From Candidatus Woesearchaeota archaeon (GTDB lineage: Archaea; Nanobdellota; Nanobdellia; Woesearchaeales; CG1-02-33-12), in contig JAGYOA010000002.1 in NCBI GenBank assembly GCA_018399355.1, positions 1 to 45,547 of the forward strand: a stretch of DNA of 45,547 bases. The letters run 5' to 3'. The translations under genes were made by a program, and so were the position numbers. Shown here piece by piece: positions 8,529 to 17,876 of the stretch. Under the pieces are notes generated by a model that had not been told where the DNA came from, searched no databases, and saw only the letters and a program-made list of their open reading frames with translations. Each line of letters begins with the position of its first letter. Positions within the stretch are counted from its first letter, which is position 1.

Positions 8529-8972
8529 ATGAAAAAAATAATGCCCCCAACATACTTTATTGTTTTGCTTGTATTTTCTATATTCTTTCATTCCTTTTTT
8601 CCTTTAATTAAATTTTCTTATTTTCCTTACAATTATCTTGGTGTTTTGCTGATAGTCTTTGGAATCTTTCTTAACATTAAGGCAGACTCAATGTTTACAA
8701 AAAGCAGGACAACTGTTAAGCCGCATTTGATGCCGAGTTTTTTTCATGTTTCAGGCCCATTTAAGATAAGCAGGCACCCTATGTACTTGGGAATGTTCTT
8801 GATTTTGTTGGGAGCCGCATTAATCATGAGTTCTCTTGTAACATTTATTTTCTCCTTTTTGTTTGTAATTCTGATGAAAATTCTTTTTATTCCAGAAGAA
8901 GAGAAAAACATGGAAAAGGCCTTCGGAAAAAAATATTTAGATTACAAGAAAAAGGTAAGGCAGTGGATATGA
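8529..8972 (+). CDS. Isoprenylcysteine carboxyl / phospholipid methyltransferase family membrane protein
   Basis: ISRHPMYLGMFLILLG and EEEKNMEKAFGKKYLDYKKKV are the conserved ICMT/PEMT C-terminal motifs. The protein has 4 TM. Confidence 0.7.
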   Translation: MKKIMPPTYFIVLLVFSIFFHSFFPLIKFSYFPYNYLGVLLIVFGIFLNIKADSMFTKSRTTVKPHLMPSFFHVSGPFKISRHPMYLGMFLILLGAALIMSSLVTFIFSFLFVILMKILFIPEEEKNMEKAFGKKYLDYKKKVRQWI

Positions 8973-9021
8973 TCTAAAGATATTCATAAAATATAAATAC
9001 TCATTATGAATTTTTTATTTT

Positions 9022-10383
9022 ATGATGAATGGCCTTGAAAAGAATGATAAATCAAATGGTGTGAACAAGCACCATAACCAAAATAAGAAGACTCAAAACC
9101 CCAAAAAATTTCTTTTTGTAACCCTTGACAGCCTCATAGCAGATATTGCATGGCGCGTTAAGAAAGAAGGGCACGAAGTAAGATATTATGTGAAAAACTC
9201 TGAAGACAAGGAGGTAGGTATGGGTCTAGTTGATATGGTTGAAGACTGGGAGAAAGAAATAGACTGGGCAGATATTATTGTTTTTGATGATGTTCTCGGC
9301 CAAGGCGAAAAAGCCCAAGAACTAAGAAGCAAAGGAAAGCTGGTCATAGGAGGAACCCCTTATACTGATAAATTAGAGGATGACAGAAATTTTGGACAAG
9401 AGGAATTAAGAAAATTTGGAATAAATATTCTTCCTTCAAAGGTATTCACAAACTTCGAAGAGGCAATACAATTTGTAAAAGAGAATCCTGAAAGGTATGT
9501 TTTGAAGCCTTGTGGAGAGGCTGCCAACCTTAAAGGGCTTCTTTTTATAGGAGAGGAAAATGATGGAAGGGATGTCATACAGGTTCTTAGTGATTATAGT
9601 AAGGCATGGTCAAAAAAAATTCCAGCTTTTCAATTACAAAAAAGAATATCTGGTGTTGAGATTGCAGTTGGAGCTTTTTTTAATGGAAAGAATTTTATCT
9701 ATCCTATAAATGTCAACTTTGAGCATAAAAAGCTATTTCCTGGTAATTTAGGACCTTCAACAGGCGAAATGGGAACATCAATGTTCTGGTCATGCCCTAA
9801 CAAGTTATTTAATATGACTCTGAAAAAATTTGAACCAAAGCTTGCAGAAGAGGGATATATTGGTTATATTGATTTGAATTGCATAGTCAACAGTAAGGGG
9901 ATTTATCCTCTAGAGTTTACAAGTAGGTTTGGGTATCCATGCGTTTTTATACAGGAAGAGGGAATGATTACTCCCATGGGTGATTTTTTGTATGAGCTTG
10001 CACAGGGAAATTCACCAAACTTAAAAGTAAGGTCAGGATTCCAGGTAGGTGTCAGGATTGTTGTTCCGCCCTTCCCCTTTACAGACAAGGAAACCTTTGA
10101 AGTTAAATCAAAAGATTCTATTATATACTTCAAAAAAAGTACGGAAGGAGTTCATATTGAGGATGTTAAGCTGGTGAATGATGAATGGGTCGTTACAGGA
10201 AATTCAGGAGTTGTTCTTGTTGTGTGCGGCTGCGGACAGACCATGCATCAGGCAAGAAAACAGGCCTATCAAAGAATTAAGAACATTTCTATACCTCATA
10301 TGTACTACAGGGATGATATAGGAGAGAGCTGGTTTGAGGACAGCGATAAATTGCATACATGGGGTTACCTCATAGAACAATAA
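9022..10383 (+). CDS. ATP-grasp protein, phosphoribosylamine--glycine ligase (PurD)-like, divergent
   Basis: YVLKPCGEAANLKG, QKRISGVEIAVGAFF, GPSTGEMGT (compare PurD GPNTGGMG) and YIGYIDLNCIV are arranged as in PurD. The N-domain GGREHA stretch is replaced by DSLIADIA. Confidence 0.55.
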   Translation: MMNGLEKNDKSNGVNKHHNQNKKTQNPKKFLFVTLDSLIADIAWRVKKEGHEVRYYVKNSEDKEVGMGLVDMVEDWEKEIDWADIIVFDDVLGQGEKAQELRSKGKLVIGGTPYTDKLEDDRNFGQEELRKFGINILPSKVFTNFEEAIQFVKENPERYVLKPCGEAANLKGLLFIGEENDGRDVIQVLSDYSKAWSKKIPAFQLQKRISGVEIAVGAFFNGKNFIYPINVNFEHKKLFPGNLGPSTGEMGTSMFWSCPNKLFNMTLKKFEPKLAEEGYIGYIDLNCIVNSKGIYPLEFTSRFGYPCVFIQEEGMITPMGDFLYELAQGNSPNLKVRSGFQVGVRIVVPPFPFTDKETFEVKSKDSIIYFKKSTEGVHIEDVKLVNDEWVVTGNSGVVLVVCGCGQTMHQARKQAYQRIKNISIPHMYYRDDIGESWFEDSDKLHTWGYLIEQ

Positions 10384-10408
10384 ATATATCTTACAGGTAA
10401 ATTAAATT

Positions 10409-11143
10409 ATGAATGATAAAAAGTTAAAGAAGATTATAAATAATATAACAGAATTTACTGTTAAGGAACTTAAATACAAGGGCCTTATTTCTCTTTATCT
10501 TTCTGGGACAATTTTAACTAAAGATAGGGTTAAGCTTAGTGATATTGACTTGTTTGGTATTGTAAGTCCTGATTTTGATATAATCAAAGAAGAAAACAAG
10601 ATTAATTCCGACTTTGAAAAGAAAAGTAAAATATTATGTGGCGGATTTGAAACAAGATTTAGGGCAATAGGTATTGATGAATTAAATAAAGGCAAGCCAA
10701 GGGGAGTAATAGCTAAATATATTGGGCTTGATATTCTAATTAAACAATTTCCATTTTTTAAAAAATTATGGGGCAAGGATTTAGATTTTTCAAAATTCAA
10801 AGTCAAGCCAATAAAGCCAAAACAAGAGGCAAAGATACACATAAAAACAATTGAATTATTCCTGAAAAAGCTAAAGAAAGGAGAGGAATTGTTTCCAATA
10901 CAGAACTTTCCAAAATCAGTGCTTTTTTTGGCCAGGGTTGAAGCAGAAAAGGATTACAATTTCAAGTTTACTCCTTACTATGTTGATTTGGAGAAACATT
11001 TTGTAAAACAAAAGGGCCATATTGTTCATAAGGCCATGAAACTCAGAAAAAAGAAACTCAAAAGAAAGGACATTCTTGATTTTAAGGATGATGTTAAACA
11101 GTACATAAAACATATTAAGAAAAGGATGAAGAAATGGAAATAA
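10409..11143 (+). CDS. Nucleotidyltransferase, ANT(3'')/AadA-like fold
   Basis: SLYLSGTILTKDRVKLSDIDLFGIVS parallels the AadA motif YLYGSAVDGGLKPHSDIDLLVTV. The length (244 aa) is similar. Confidence 0.5.
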   Translation: MNDKKLKKIINNITEFTVKELKYKGLISLYLSGTILTKDRVKLSDIDLFGIVSPDFDIIKEENKINSDFEKKSKILCGGFETRFRAIGIDELNKGKPRGVIAKYIGLDILIKQFPFFKKLWGKDLDFSKFKVKPIKPKQEAKIHIKTIELFLKKLKKGEELFPIQNFPKSVLFLARVEAEKDYNFKFTPYYVDLEKHFVKQKGHIVHKAMKLRKKKLKRKDILDFKDDVKQYIKHIKKRMKKWK

Positions 11144-11222
11144 CTTATTATAACTCCTTATTTTGATACATAATAGAAAAGTATAAATATTCATTTTTAA
11201 TAAAAAACATAGGGGGGTATTA

Positions 11223-11489
11223 ATGAGTGAAAATAATGAGTTATGGGAAGAATACAAAAATAAAGTTAAGGAAATAATTGCTTCTGGAGATCAGGAAAGA
11301 ATTAATAAAATGGTTGAAAGGAATCTAATTAATATGGGTCGTGCTGGGCCTACAACATTGGCACTCCTTACCTTATTACAAAAGAAGGACATAATTGATC
11401 CAGAAGAAATAAGCAAAATTGTTGATGAGCAAATAAAAAAAGAGATTGATTACTTAAAAGGATATCAAACAAAGTTTTACAAGACTTAA
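11223..11489 (+). CDS. Hypothetical small helical protein
   Basis: 88-aa ORF with GGGGGGT 4 nt upstream of the ATG. No recognisable motif. Confidence 0.4.
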   Translation: MSENNELWEEYKNKVKEIIASGDQERINKMVERNLINMGRAGPTTLALLTLLQKKDIIDPEEISKIVDEQIKKEIDYLKGYQTKFYKT

Positions 11490-11585
11490 TAGCTCTGGTA
11501 TTAATGTAATAGACGGTTTTCATATTTTATACTTCTGAATATTAAAAATCCAATCAAAAGAGGAATGGAATCCAATAAAATTGTT

Positions 11586-12776
11586 TTATATCACTCTTTT
11601 TTTATGTAAAATTAACAAGGTTATTATTCCAACAAAAAAAGTTGTAATCCCCAATACAGTTAATGCCTGAACCAGACTGTAAACATCTGCAATCCATCCT
11701 ATCACAGGAATTATTGCTGCGTAAAATAATCTTTCAACTAAGTTCTGAGCAGATAGCACAGTTGCCCTTATATCTGAACTAGTCAATTTATTTATGTAAT
11801 CAGTAATAACTGGTTTAGAAAACCCCCTAACGAATTGTTGTATAAATGCAAAAGAAAAACTAAAAAGATAGATAAAATTCCCCATAAGCAAATAACTTAA
11901 ACCAACAAGGATGACCAATAAGATTAGGGAAGATTTTTGACCTAATTTTTCTTCTAAATTATAAGCGTATTTTGAACTTAAAGCAGCAACACCATTAAAT
12001 GCAGCAAAAACAAAACCAAAGTAGGCTATGTCTAGACCAGTTAATTTAAAATAAGGCTGGTAAAGCCACAATACAGCAGTATTAAACCCAACAATAACTG
12101 CTGAATAAATAATCAACCACTTGATTTTTTCATTCTCTACCAAGGATTCTTTTAATATTTGAAAAAGCTCTAAAAGATAACCTTTTTTGAATATTCTTTT
12201 ATGTCTCCTAGGTTCTTTTAGGCTCATTGATAAAGGTATCAACAAAATCATAAATGGTAGCATAACATAGAAAGTTAGCCTAAAATCTAATTTCCCAATA
12301 AAACCTCCAATAACACTGGCAATTGATGTTGCAATTAAGTAATAAAATACTGCATTTCCCATAACCTCTTTGTATAATTTTTCTTTTTTCAAGTCTTTCA
12401 GTGTATCAAATATCAAGGCAGAGTCAGTACCAGAAACAAGAGCGATACCAACTGCCCATAATGCCTCAGCAATCAAGAAATGATAAAAATTAAATCCTAA
12501 ACTATACGCTAAAATTCCAAGCGTAAGAAAAGCCCCTGCAAAAATTAAGGATTTTCTTCTACCAAAAACATCAGCAAAATAGCCAGTAGGAATTTCTAAG
12601 ACTACAACTACGATAGAATAAAAAGATTGTAGAATCATTATTTGTGTTAGATTTAATCCGTTTTCTTGCCAGAATAAAACAACTATTGGAACAAAAAACA
12701 TTAAAGCGCTAAAAACCTGAAACAAATAAAACTTCCAAATATTGCCCTCTAATTTTTGTTGCATATTTCTTTTCAT
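11586..12776 (-). CDS. MFS transporter
   Basis: About 12 TM, with the MFS loop motif GYFADVFGRRKSL between TM2 and TM3. Confidence 0.8.
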   Translation of the reverse strand: MKRNMQQKLEGNIWKFYLFQVFSALMFFVPIVVLFWQENGLNLTQIMILQSFYSIVVVVLEIPTGYFADVFGRRKSLIFAGAFLTLGILAYSLGFNFYHFLIAEALWAVGIALVSGTDSALIFDTLKDLKKEKLYKEVMGNAVFYYLIATSIASVIGGFIGKLDFRLTFYVMLPFMILLIPLSMSLKEPRRHKRIFKKGYLLELFQILKESLVENEKIKWLIIYSAVIVGFNTAVLWLYQPYFKLTGLDIAYFGFVFAAFNGVAALSSKYAYNLEEKLGQKSSLILLVILVGLSYLLMGNFIYLFSFSFAFIQQFVRGFSKPVITDYINKLTSSDIRATVLSAQNLVERLFYAAIIPVIGWIADVYSLVQALTVLGITTFFVGIITLLILHKKRVI

Positions 12777-12897
12777 TATAAATATTTATTTTGAATAGTT
12801 TATTAAATTTTCCAAAATCTCTTGTCTTGAGTAGTTTTTGCAAACAAATAAAGACATTTACGATAGATTTATTAAATAATTATTCTATTAGTTTTTT

Positions 12898-13572
12898 ATG
12901 GCAGGAAAAGATTGGTATGAGGCATTCAGTCAAAACATGAATCCCATATTCACAAAAAAAGATTTTGAGAATTATAAAAAAGGAGTTCTTAAGGATTTGA
13001 AATATTATGAAAAATATATTCCTAAAGGATCAAAAATTCTTGATGTAGGTTGTGGATTAGGATGTGAGGCTATTCCATTATCATCCTTAGGATATAAGGT
13101 TATAGGAGTAGATAATGACAAAAGAGTTGTTGAAGCAGCAAATCAAAACAGCAAAAACTTTGGAGGAGATGTACAAATCATTGAAGGAGATATTTTTAAT
13201 TTAGATGAATTATTTGATAAAGATTCATTTGATGCCTGTATTAGTGGAGGGGTTTTAGAACATTTCAAGAAAGAAGATGTGAGAAAACTTGTTGATTTGC
13301 AACTTAAACTGGCCCCATTGGTTATAGCTAATATGCCTGTGAAGACTAAAAAGTCGATGAAAGCTTATGGTTTTACAGAATCCAATGCATTAAATAATTT
13401 AGATAATAATGGAATTTATAGGAATTTCTGGTCTGAGGATGAGTGGGTGAATAAGGTATTAAAGGATTACAATATAGTTGAGCATTTTGTTAAGCCATGC
13501 GACCCTTCCATAGGGAACTTTGATGTAGTATATCTATTCATTAAAAGGAAAGTGGTTCTTTCTAAAGAATAA
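12898..13572 (+). CDS. Class I SAM-dependent methyltransferase
   Basis: Motif I is KILDVGCGLGCEAIPL. This is followed by the acidic loop VIGVDND and GGVLEHF. Confidence 0.85.
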   Translation: MAGKDWYEAFSQNMNPIFTKKDFENYKKGVLKDLKYYEKYIPKGSKILDVGCGLGCEAIPLSSLGYKVIGVDNDKRVVEAANQNSKNFGGDVQIIEGDIFNLDELFDKDSFDACISGGVLEHFKKEDVRKLVDLQLKLAPLVIANMPVKTKKSMKAYGFTESNALNNLDNNGIYRNFWSEDEWVNKVLKDYNIVEHFVKPCDPSIGNFDVVYLFIKRKVVLSKE

Positions 13573-13619
13573 AAATCTTTCTGAATTGAACATAATAAAA
13601 TTAATCTGTTAAAAGTATA

Positions 13620-13666
13620 TTACAAGCATTTTCTGGGCGTGGCCATTAACTTTAATGAAGGGCTTG
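13620..13666. repeat. Left copy of island-flanking direct repeat (att-like): an orphan, diverged duplicate of the 3' end of the radical-SAM gene
   Basis: 13620-13644 is identical to 20559-20583 (ttacaagcattttctgggcgtggcc). Counting the 46 aligned positions from 13621/20560, 41 are identical. The minus-strand translation NKPFIKVNGHAQKMLVIYF* mirrors the true C-terminus NKAKPFIKVDGHAQKMLVT*. Confidence 0.85.
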
Positions 13667-14749
13667 TTAAATAAACCTTTCTTTAAACGTTTCAAGATAG
13701 GTTAGAAGCAAAGGCAATAGTATTGGGCCAACAAAAATTCCAATAATGCCAAACATGCTTGCACCGCCTATAACTCCTATAATGACAAGTACTGGGCTTA
13801 CATTAGCCTTTGCCTTCACTATTTTAGCAAGCAAGATATTGTCAATCGTAGATATTATGAAAATACCGTAAAGCAATAAACCTATTCCTTTGCCCAAAAT
13901 CCAATAATTCTGCGAAAAATAGCCGCTTAAAATCAGATATAACGAAGCAGGAACCCATATGATAGACGTTCCAAGAAAAGGTATCAAAGCAAAGAAAGCT
14001 ATCAAAACTCCTGATAAAAGTGCAAAAGGAACACCGAATATGTAAAAACCTATAGCCCCGACAATTCCCTGGACTATTGCAACAAATAATTGTGCATAAA
14101 TTACAGTATGGGCAATATTTTCAAATTCAACAACAAGCCTTTTTTTTGTTTTGGATGTCATTGGAAGTATGTTGCCTATTTTTTTTAATATTTCATTATT
14201 ATCTTTTAGAATATAATATGTTATGACTATTGTAAGAAAAATTTGTGCTATTATAAGAGGAATACTTAAGATAATCTTTTTAATCTTCTCTTCTATCACT
14301 GGCAGATATATCTGCAGCTGTGTGTCAATACCATACCTTGATAAGTAATCTAAACTGAATTTTTCAGCTTGGTTAACAAGTGAACATACCGTTGACTCTT
14401 CGCTATTGCATGCGAATCCAAATAATGCTCCTTTTGCAACTGTATTTGATAACGAATTATAGAAATAATACCCTTGTTGTCCAATTCCGACTACTAAAAA
14501 AGTGAAGGGAATTAATATAAGAATTATAACAATTAATAAAGAAAGAATAATTGAAACAGATTCATTTGGTATCTTTTTTCTTATCTTTCTGCAGACAGGA
14601 AAAGAAATATATGCCAGAAGGGCGCTGCCTAAAATCATAATTATCACTGGCTGGATAAGTTTAAAAAATAGAAACAAAACTATTATGAAAAAGATAAATG
14701 GAACTATTCTTTGATATTGATTATTATTGTATGGTTTATCAATTGCCAT
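13667..14749 (-). CDS. AI-2E family transporter (PerM/UPF0118)
   Basis: 360 aa, about 8 TM. The topology and the GLLLYGIFIISTIDNILLAKIV and GVIGGASMFGIIGIFVGPILL segments are typical of the AI-2E/PerM family. Confidence 0.75.
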   Translation of the reverse strand: MAIDKPYNNNQYQRIVPFIFFIIVLFLFFKLIQPVIIMILGSALLAYISFPVCRKIRKKIPNESVSIILSLLIVIILILIPFTFLVVGIGQQGYYFYNSLSNTVAKGALFGFACNSEESTVCSLVNQAEKFSLDYLSRYGIDTQLQIYLPVIEEKIKKIILSIPLIIAQIFLTIVITYYILKDNNEILKKIGNILPMTSKTKKRLVVEFENIAHTVIYAQLFVAIVQGIVGAIGFYIFGVPFALLSGVLIAFFALIPFLGTSIIWVPASLYLILSGYFSQNYWILGKGIGLLLYGIFIISTIDNILLAKIVKAKANVSPVLVIIGVIGGASMFGIIGIFVGPILLPLLLTYLETFKERFI

Positions 14750-14835
14750 TGTATAAGATAAGTAATATTATTATTTATATATTTGCATACATCATTGTAT
14801 TTATAATAACAGATCAGAGGGTGTTATTTATCAGT

Positions 14836-15966
14836 TCATTTAACTGGCAACTCTAAATCAAAATGAAAATCCTTTTCCTTAAATAGTTTAATGCATGAAT
14901 CAACAACCTTAGCGTCGTAAAGTATGCCCCTATTCATCTGCAGTTCATCTAGTGCTTTATCGACTCCAAGAGCGGCCCTGTAAGGCCTATGGCTTGACAT
15001 TGCCTCAACCACATCTGCAACAGAAATTATTTTTGCTTCAGCCAGAGTTTGGCTACCTTTTAATCCTCTAGGATATCCTGACCCGTCAATTCGTTCGTGA
15101 TGCTGGTAAACAATATCTGCAATAGGCCATGGAAAATCAATATTCTTAAGAATATCATAAGAAGCCTGAACATGAGTCTTTATCAATGCATATTCAATAT
15201 CTGAAAGTTTTCCTGGTTTAGAAAGGATTTCTGATGGAATATGTATTTTTCCTAAATCATGTACAATCGCAGCTGTCCTGACTAACCTAACTCGATCTGA
15301 GGAATACTCCATCTCTGAAGCTATTGCAGCCGCTAAATGTGCAACACGCCGTTGGTGCCTTCCATTATAGAGGTCTTTCGCTTCAACAGTTGAGGCAAGA
15401 GCATCTACTGTAGAATATAATGATTTTTCAAGATCCTTGTGGCTACGCTCAAGCATCTCTTCTGAATGTTTGCGTTTTGTGATATCCTTACAAAATCCAA
15501 GGAATTTATCGCCTGAAAGCTTTACAGCATCAACTGACATATAAAATTCATGACCATCTGCATGCCTAAAAAGATATTCTCCATTAACTTTTTTTTCTTT
15601 CGCAAGTTTGCCAAATTCGCTCAATGCTGCGTCTCTCGAACCCGGCGCAGTAACGTCCATAATAGAAAGCCCCAATAATTCTTTTTTTGTATACCCTAAA
15701 AGATTGCAAGCTGCTGGATTCACATCTATATATTCTCCCTGACTATTTGCTACAAAAATTCCATCAGGGGCATTTTCAACATAAGAACGGAATTTCTCTT
15801 CTGAGTCTAATAATCTTTGATCCACCTTTCTGCACTCGGCGATACCTCTCCTTTCCGAATCTTTCAGTCCCTTCCCTGACAGGATACGCGCAGATACTGA
15901 TTTTTGTATCTCTTCTCTTACGTCTGTAGGAATATCTTTCCTTTTCATAATCTCTTCTAAAATCAT
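14836..15966 (-). CDS. PAS-domain sensor fused to an HD-GYP phosphohydrolase domain
   Basis: The PAS segment reads EKFRSYVENAPDGIFVANSQGEYIDVNPAACNLLGYTKKELLG...CKDITKRK. The HD-GYP segment carries HDLGKIHIP and HHERIDGSGYPRGL. Confidence 0.85.
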   Translation of the reverse strand: MILEEIMKRKDIPTDVREEIQKSVSARILSGKGLKDSERRGIAECRKVDQRLLDSEEKFRSYVENAPDGIFVANSQGEYIDVNPAACNLLGYTKKELLGLSIMDVTAPGSRDAALSEFGKLAKEKKVNGEYLFRHADGHEFYMSVDAVKLSGDKFLGFCKDITKRKHSEEMLERSHKDLEKSLYSTVDALASTVEAKDLYNGRHQRRVAHLAAAIASEMEYSSDRVRLVRTAAIVHDLGKIHIPSEILSKPGKLSDIEYALIKTHVQASYDILKNIDFPWPIADIVYQHHERIDGSGYPRGLKGSQTLAEAKIISVADVVEAMSSHRPYRAALGVDKALDELQMNRGILYDAKVVDSCIKLFKEKDFHFDLELPVK

Positions 15967-16069
15967 TTGATTTCTCCAAAAATTTCTTTTCTTTTCTTTC
16001 CATCTTTTCTAATCTACTCTCATATACTGTATTATAAATTAATCTTAAATACTTTACACCCTAAAAAAC

Positions 16070-16282
16070 CTAATCTTTTGACTCCTGGCACTTATTTCTT
16101 TCATAGGTGCATTTTTCACTGCAAATGCTGCTTAAGATTCCTTCACCGCAATCATGCACGCAATCAGTATACTCGCGCTCGCATGGGTCAGTTTGCGAAA
16201 TAAAAGTACAGCCATTTACCAAGGCAAGTGATGTAAGTAAAATTACCAAACCCAAAGTTGTTATAATTGTTGAATATTTCAT
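16070..16282 (-). CDS. Small Cys-rich putative lipoprotein
   Basis: Signal peptide with a lipobox-like LVNGC. Seven further Cys follow in 45 aa. GGAGGA lies 6 nt upstream of the ATG. Confidence 0.5.
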   Translation of the reverse strand: MKYSTIITTLGLVILLTSLALVNGCTFISQTDPCEREYTDCVHDCGEGILSSICSEKCTYERNKCQESKD

Positions 16283-16340
16283 TCTTATCCTCCATTATAG
16301 TTATTTATACTTGCTTAATCGCATGTAAATGATGTTTAAT

Positions 16341-16601
16341 CTAGTTTCTTCTTCGCATCAATGTTGCTGCAAGGACTGTGCCTGCAGCCATTCCAACTCC
16401 AGCGGCAATCAATACTGACCTTTCAGGGTTTTTTTGGATGTAGCCATCAATATTTCCCTTCATTCTTGTTGCATTTTCCTTTAAGAGAGCTATTTTTTCC
16501 CTGCCACCTTCACTCATGCTTTCAGCCTTGTCCATTATATTATCAACTCCATTATGCGTTCTCTGCCTCATACTTGAGATTTTATTTGTTTCATTTTTCA
16601 T
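16341..16601 (-). CDS. DUF883 (ElaB/YqjD)-like tail-anchored protein
   Basis: 86 aa. A helical N-part is followed by IQKNPERSVLIAAGVGMAAGTVLAATLMRRRN, matching the conserved DUF883 C-terminal anchor pattern. Confidence 0.55.
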   Translation of the reverse strand: MKNETNKISSMRQRTHNGVDNIMDKAESMSEGGREKIALLKENATRMKGNIDGYIQKNPERSVLIAAGVGMAAGTVLAATLMRRRN

Positions 16602-16612
16602 TTTTCACCTTT

Positions 16613-17104
16613 CTACTCGGCATTTGTTTCTCCAGGAGATGCCGAACTAGTATCTTTCTTGTTCTCTTTATCCCCTTCGGAAAATCTATAATGCCTTGTA
16701 ATTTTTATTTTAGCTGTATCTTCAATCACATCCCCTTTTTTGTCAGGCAGTAGCCTCATGTTATGGATGTCCATTCCCTGGATCTCTATCTCAACTTTCC
16801 TGATACTTGAGTGATTTGGTGTTAATACAATCGTTTTATGCTCAGGTCCCCATTTTTTTTCGAATGTCCCAGATGTATAATTGAACTTAGACAAAGGAAT
16901 ATCTGGGAGAGTTGAAAATTCTGCCTTCAAATAGATTATGTAGTCTCCATAAGTCATTATGGGGATTGTACCTTTTCCTTCTGATTCGCTTTTCTTTTCA
17001 AATTCATTTGCCTCTTCTCTGGGTATACAGTACAAACTGTCCTCTTTGTTTATACAGCCCCTTATTTCCTTGAGCTTATTTTCATTTGATACATCGTTTT
17101 CCAT
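16613..17104 (-). CDS. Hypothetical protein (beta-rich, acidic/Ser-rich tail)
   Basis: 163-aa ORF with GGAGGCG 8 nt upstream of the ATG. No motif recognised. Confidence 0.5.
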   Translation of the reverse strand: MENDVSNENKLKEIRGCINKEDSLYCIPREEANEFEKKSESEGKGTIPIMTYGDYIIYLKAEFSTLPDIPLSKFNYTSGTFEKKWGPEHKTIVLTPNHSSIRKVEIEIQGMDIHNMRLLPDKKGDVIEDTAKIKITRHYRFSEGDKENKKDTSSASPGETNAE

Positions 17105-17135
17105 TTTTACACGCCTCCAACTTTCTTAAAAATAC

Positions 17136-17225
17136 CTAAAAAATCAACATTAAAACCACTATCACTACTACAACTAATCCAATAAATCCAAGTATTCCTC
17201 CTTTGTTGTTATTGATAATTTTCAT
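17136..17225 (-). CDS. 29-aa single-TM micropeptide
   Basis: Not in the ORF track (under 60 aa). Sequence MKIINNNKGGILGFIGLVVVVIVVLMLIF*, preceded by AAGGAGGTGA 5 nt upstream of the ATG. Confidence 0.45.
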   Translation of the reverse strand: MKIINNNKGGILGFIGLVVVVIVVLMLIF

Positions 17226-17271
17226 GGTTTTCACCTCCTTATCATTTAATTAAATTATTTTTTGCTCAACC

Positions 17272-17601
17272 TTAAAGTGGTCCGGTAATGGTTGGCAGCA
17301 CCCAACTGACAATTGATGCAAAAATCCATACAACAATAGCTACAACCAAAGCTTTCAGCCAGCCCATACTATATAGGGTGCCAAGAGCAATAAGCCAGGC
17401 TATGCCTCCAATCACTGAAGCTATCCAACCTACTCCCAGGAAATATGATACAGTCGCAAATATTATTGCACCGATAAGTGCAGCCATTATTGCTGTGCCA
17501 AATCCCTCCTTTTCTCCAAACAGTTTTGTAGCCAGATAGATAATAATTCCTGATATGACCAAACTTATCAAAAATCCTATTAATGCTTCTAAAAATGCCA
17601 T
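17272..17601 (-). CDS. 4-TM membrane protein, phage-holin-family-4 / YvlD (DUF360)-like
   Basis: 109 aa. The GFGTAIMAALIGAIIF and GWLKALVVAIVVWIFASIVSWVL segments resemble the twice-repeated G-F-W-x-A motif of DUF360 proteins. AAGGAGGTG lies upstream of the ATG. Confidence 0.45.
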   Translation of the reverse strand: MAFLEALIGFLISLVISGIIIYLATKLFGEKEGFGTAIMAALIGAIIFATVSYFLGVGWIASVIGGIAWLIALGTLYSMGWLKALVVAIVVWIFASIVSWVLPTITGPL

Positions 17602-17702
17602 AAATGAACACCTCCTTTCTTCAATTTTTTAATCAATCATTTTCTCACAATGGAAAAAAATATAATCCATTGTGAAGCAATAAATCTTCTACAATGAAAC
17701 AT

Positions 17703-17822
17703 TTAAGTTTTCATTATTTTCTTTCCAACAGGCCTGTTTTTTACCATTCCTTTGCCACCTGCACTCTTTGCAGCCCTTTTTTTAGCTGCAGTCATTCTTC
17801 CGCCTCTACTTTTTTTTGCCAT
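17703..17822 (-). CDS. 39-aa highly basic peptide (KGG-like stress-peptide resemblance)
   Basis: Not in the ORF track. Sequence MAKKSRGGRMTAAKKRAAKSAGGKGMVKNRPVGKKIMKT*, with GGAGGTG 6 nt upstream of the ATG. Confidence 0.35.
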   Translation of the reverse strand: MAKKSRGGRMTAAKKRAAKSAGGKGMVKNRPVGKKIMKT

Positions 17823-17876
17823 TAAAAACACCTCCGTTCTTAATTATTTACTCTTATTGATTAATTAATTTCTTAT

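Noticed and set aside
15776-16203. ORFs 15776..16003 (-), 15967..16203 (+) and 15687..15929 (+) around the 5' end of the HD-GYP gene.
   Set aside because: They overlap the well-supported PAS/HD-GYP and lipoprotein genes in other frames or strands, lack SD motifs, and have low-complexity or unusual composition.
17288-17611. ORFs 17288..17539 (+) and 17369..17611 (-) overlapping the 4-TM gene.
   Set aside because: The 17272..17601 frame has a perfect AAGGAGGTG SD and a coherent 4-TM hydrophobicity pattern. The alternatives are shadow frames.
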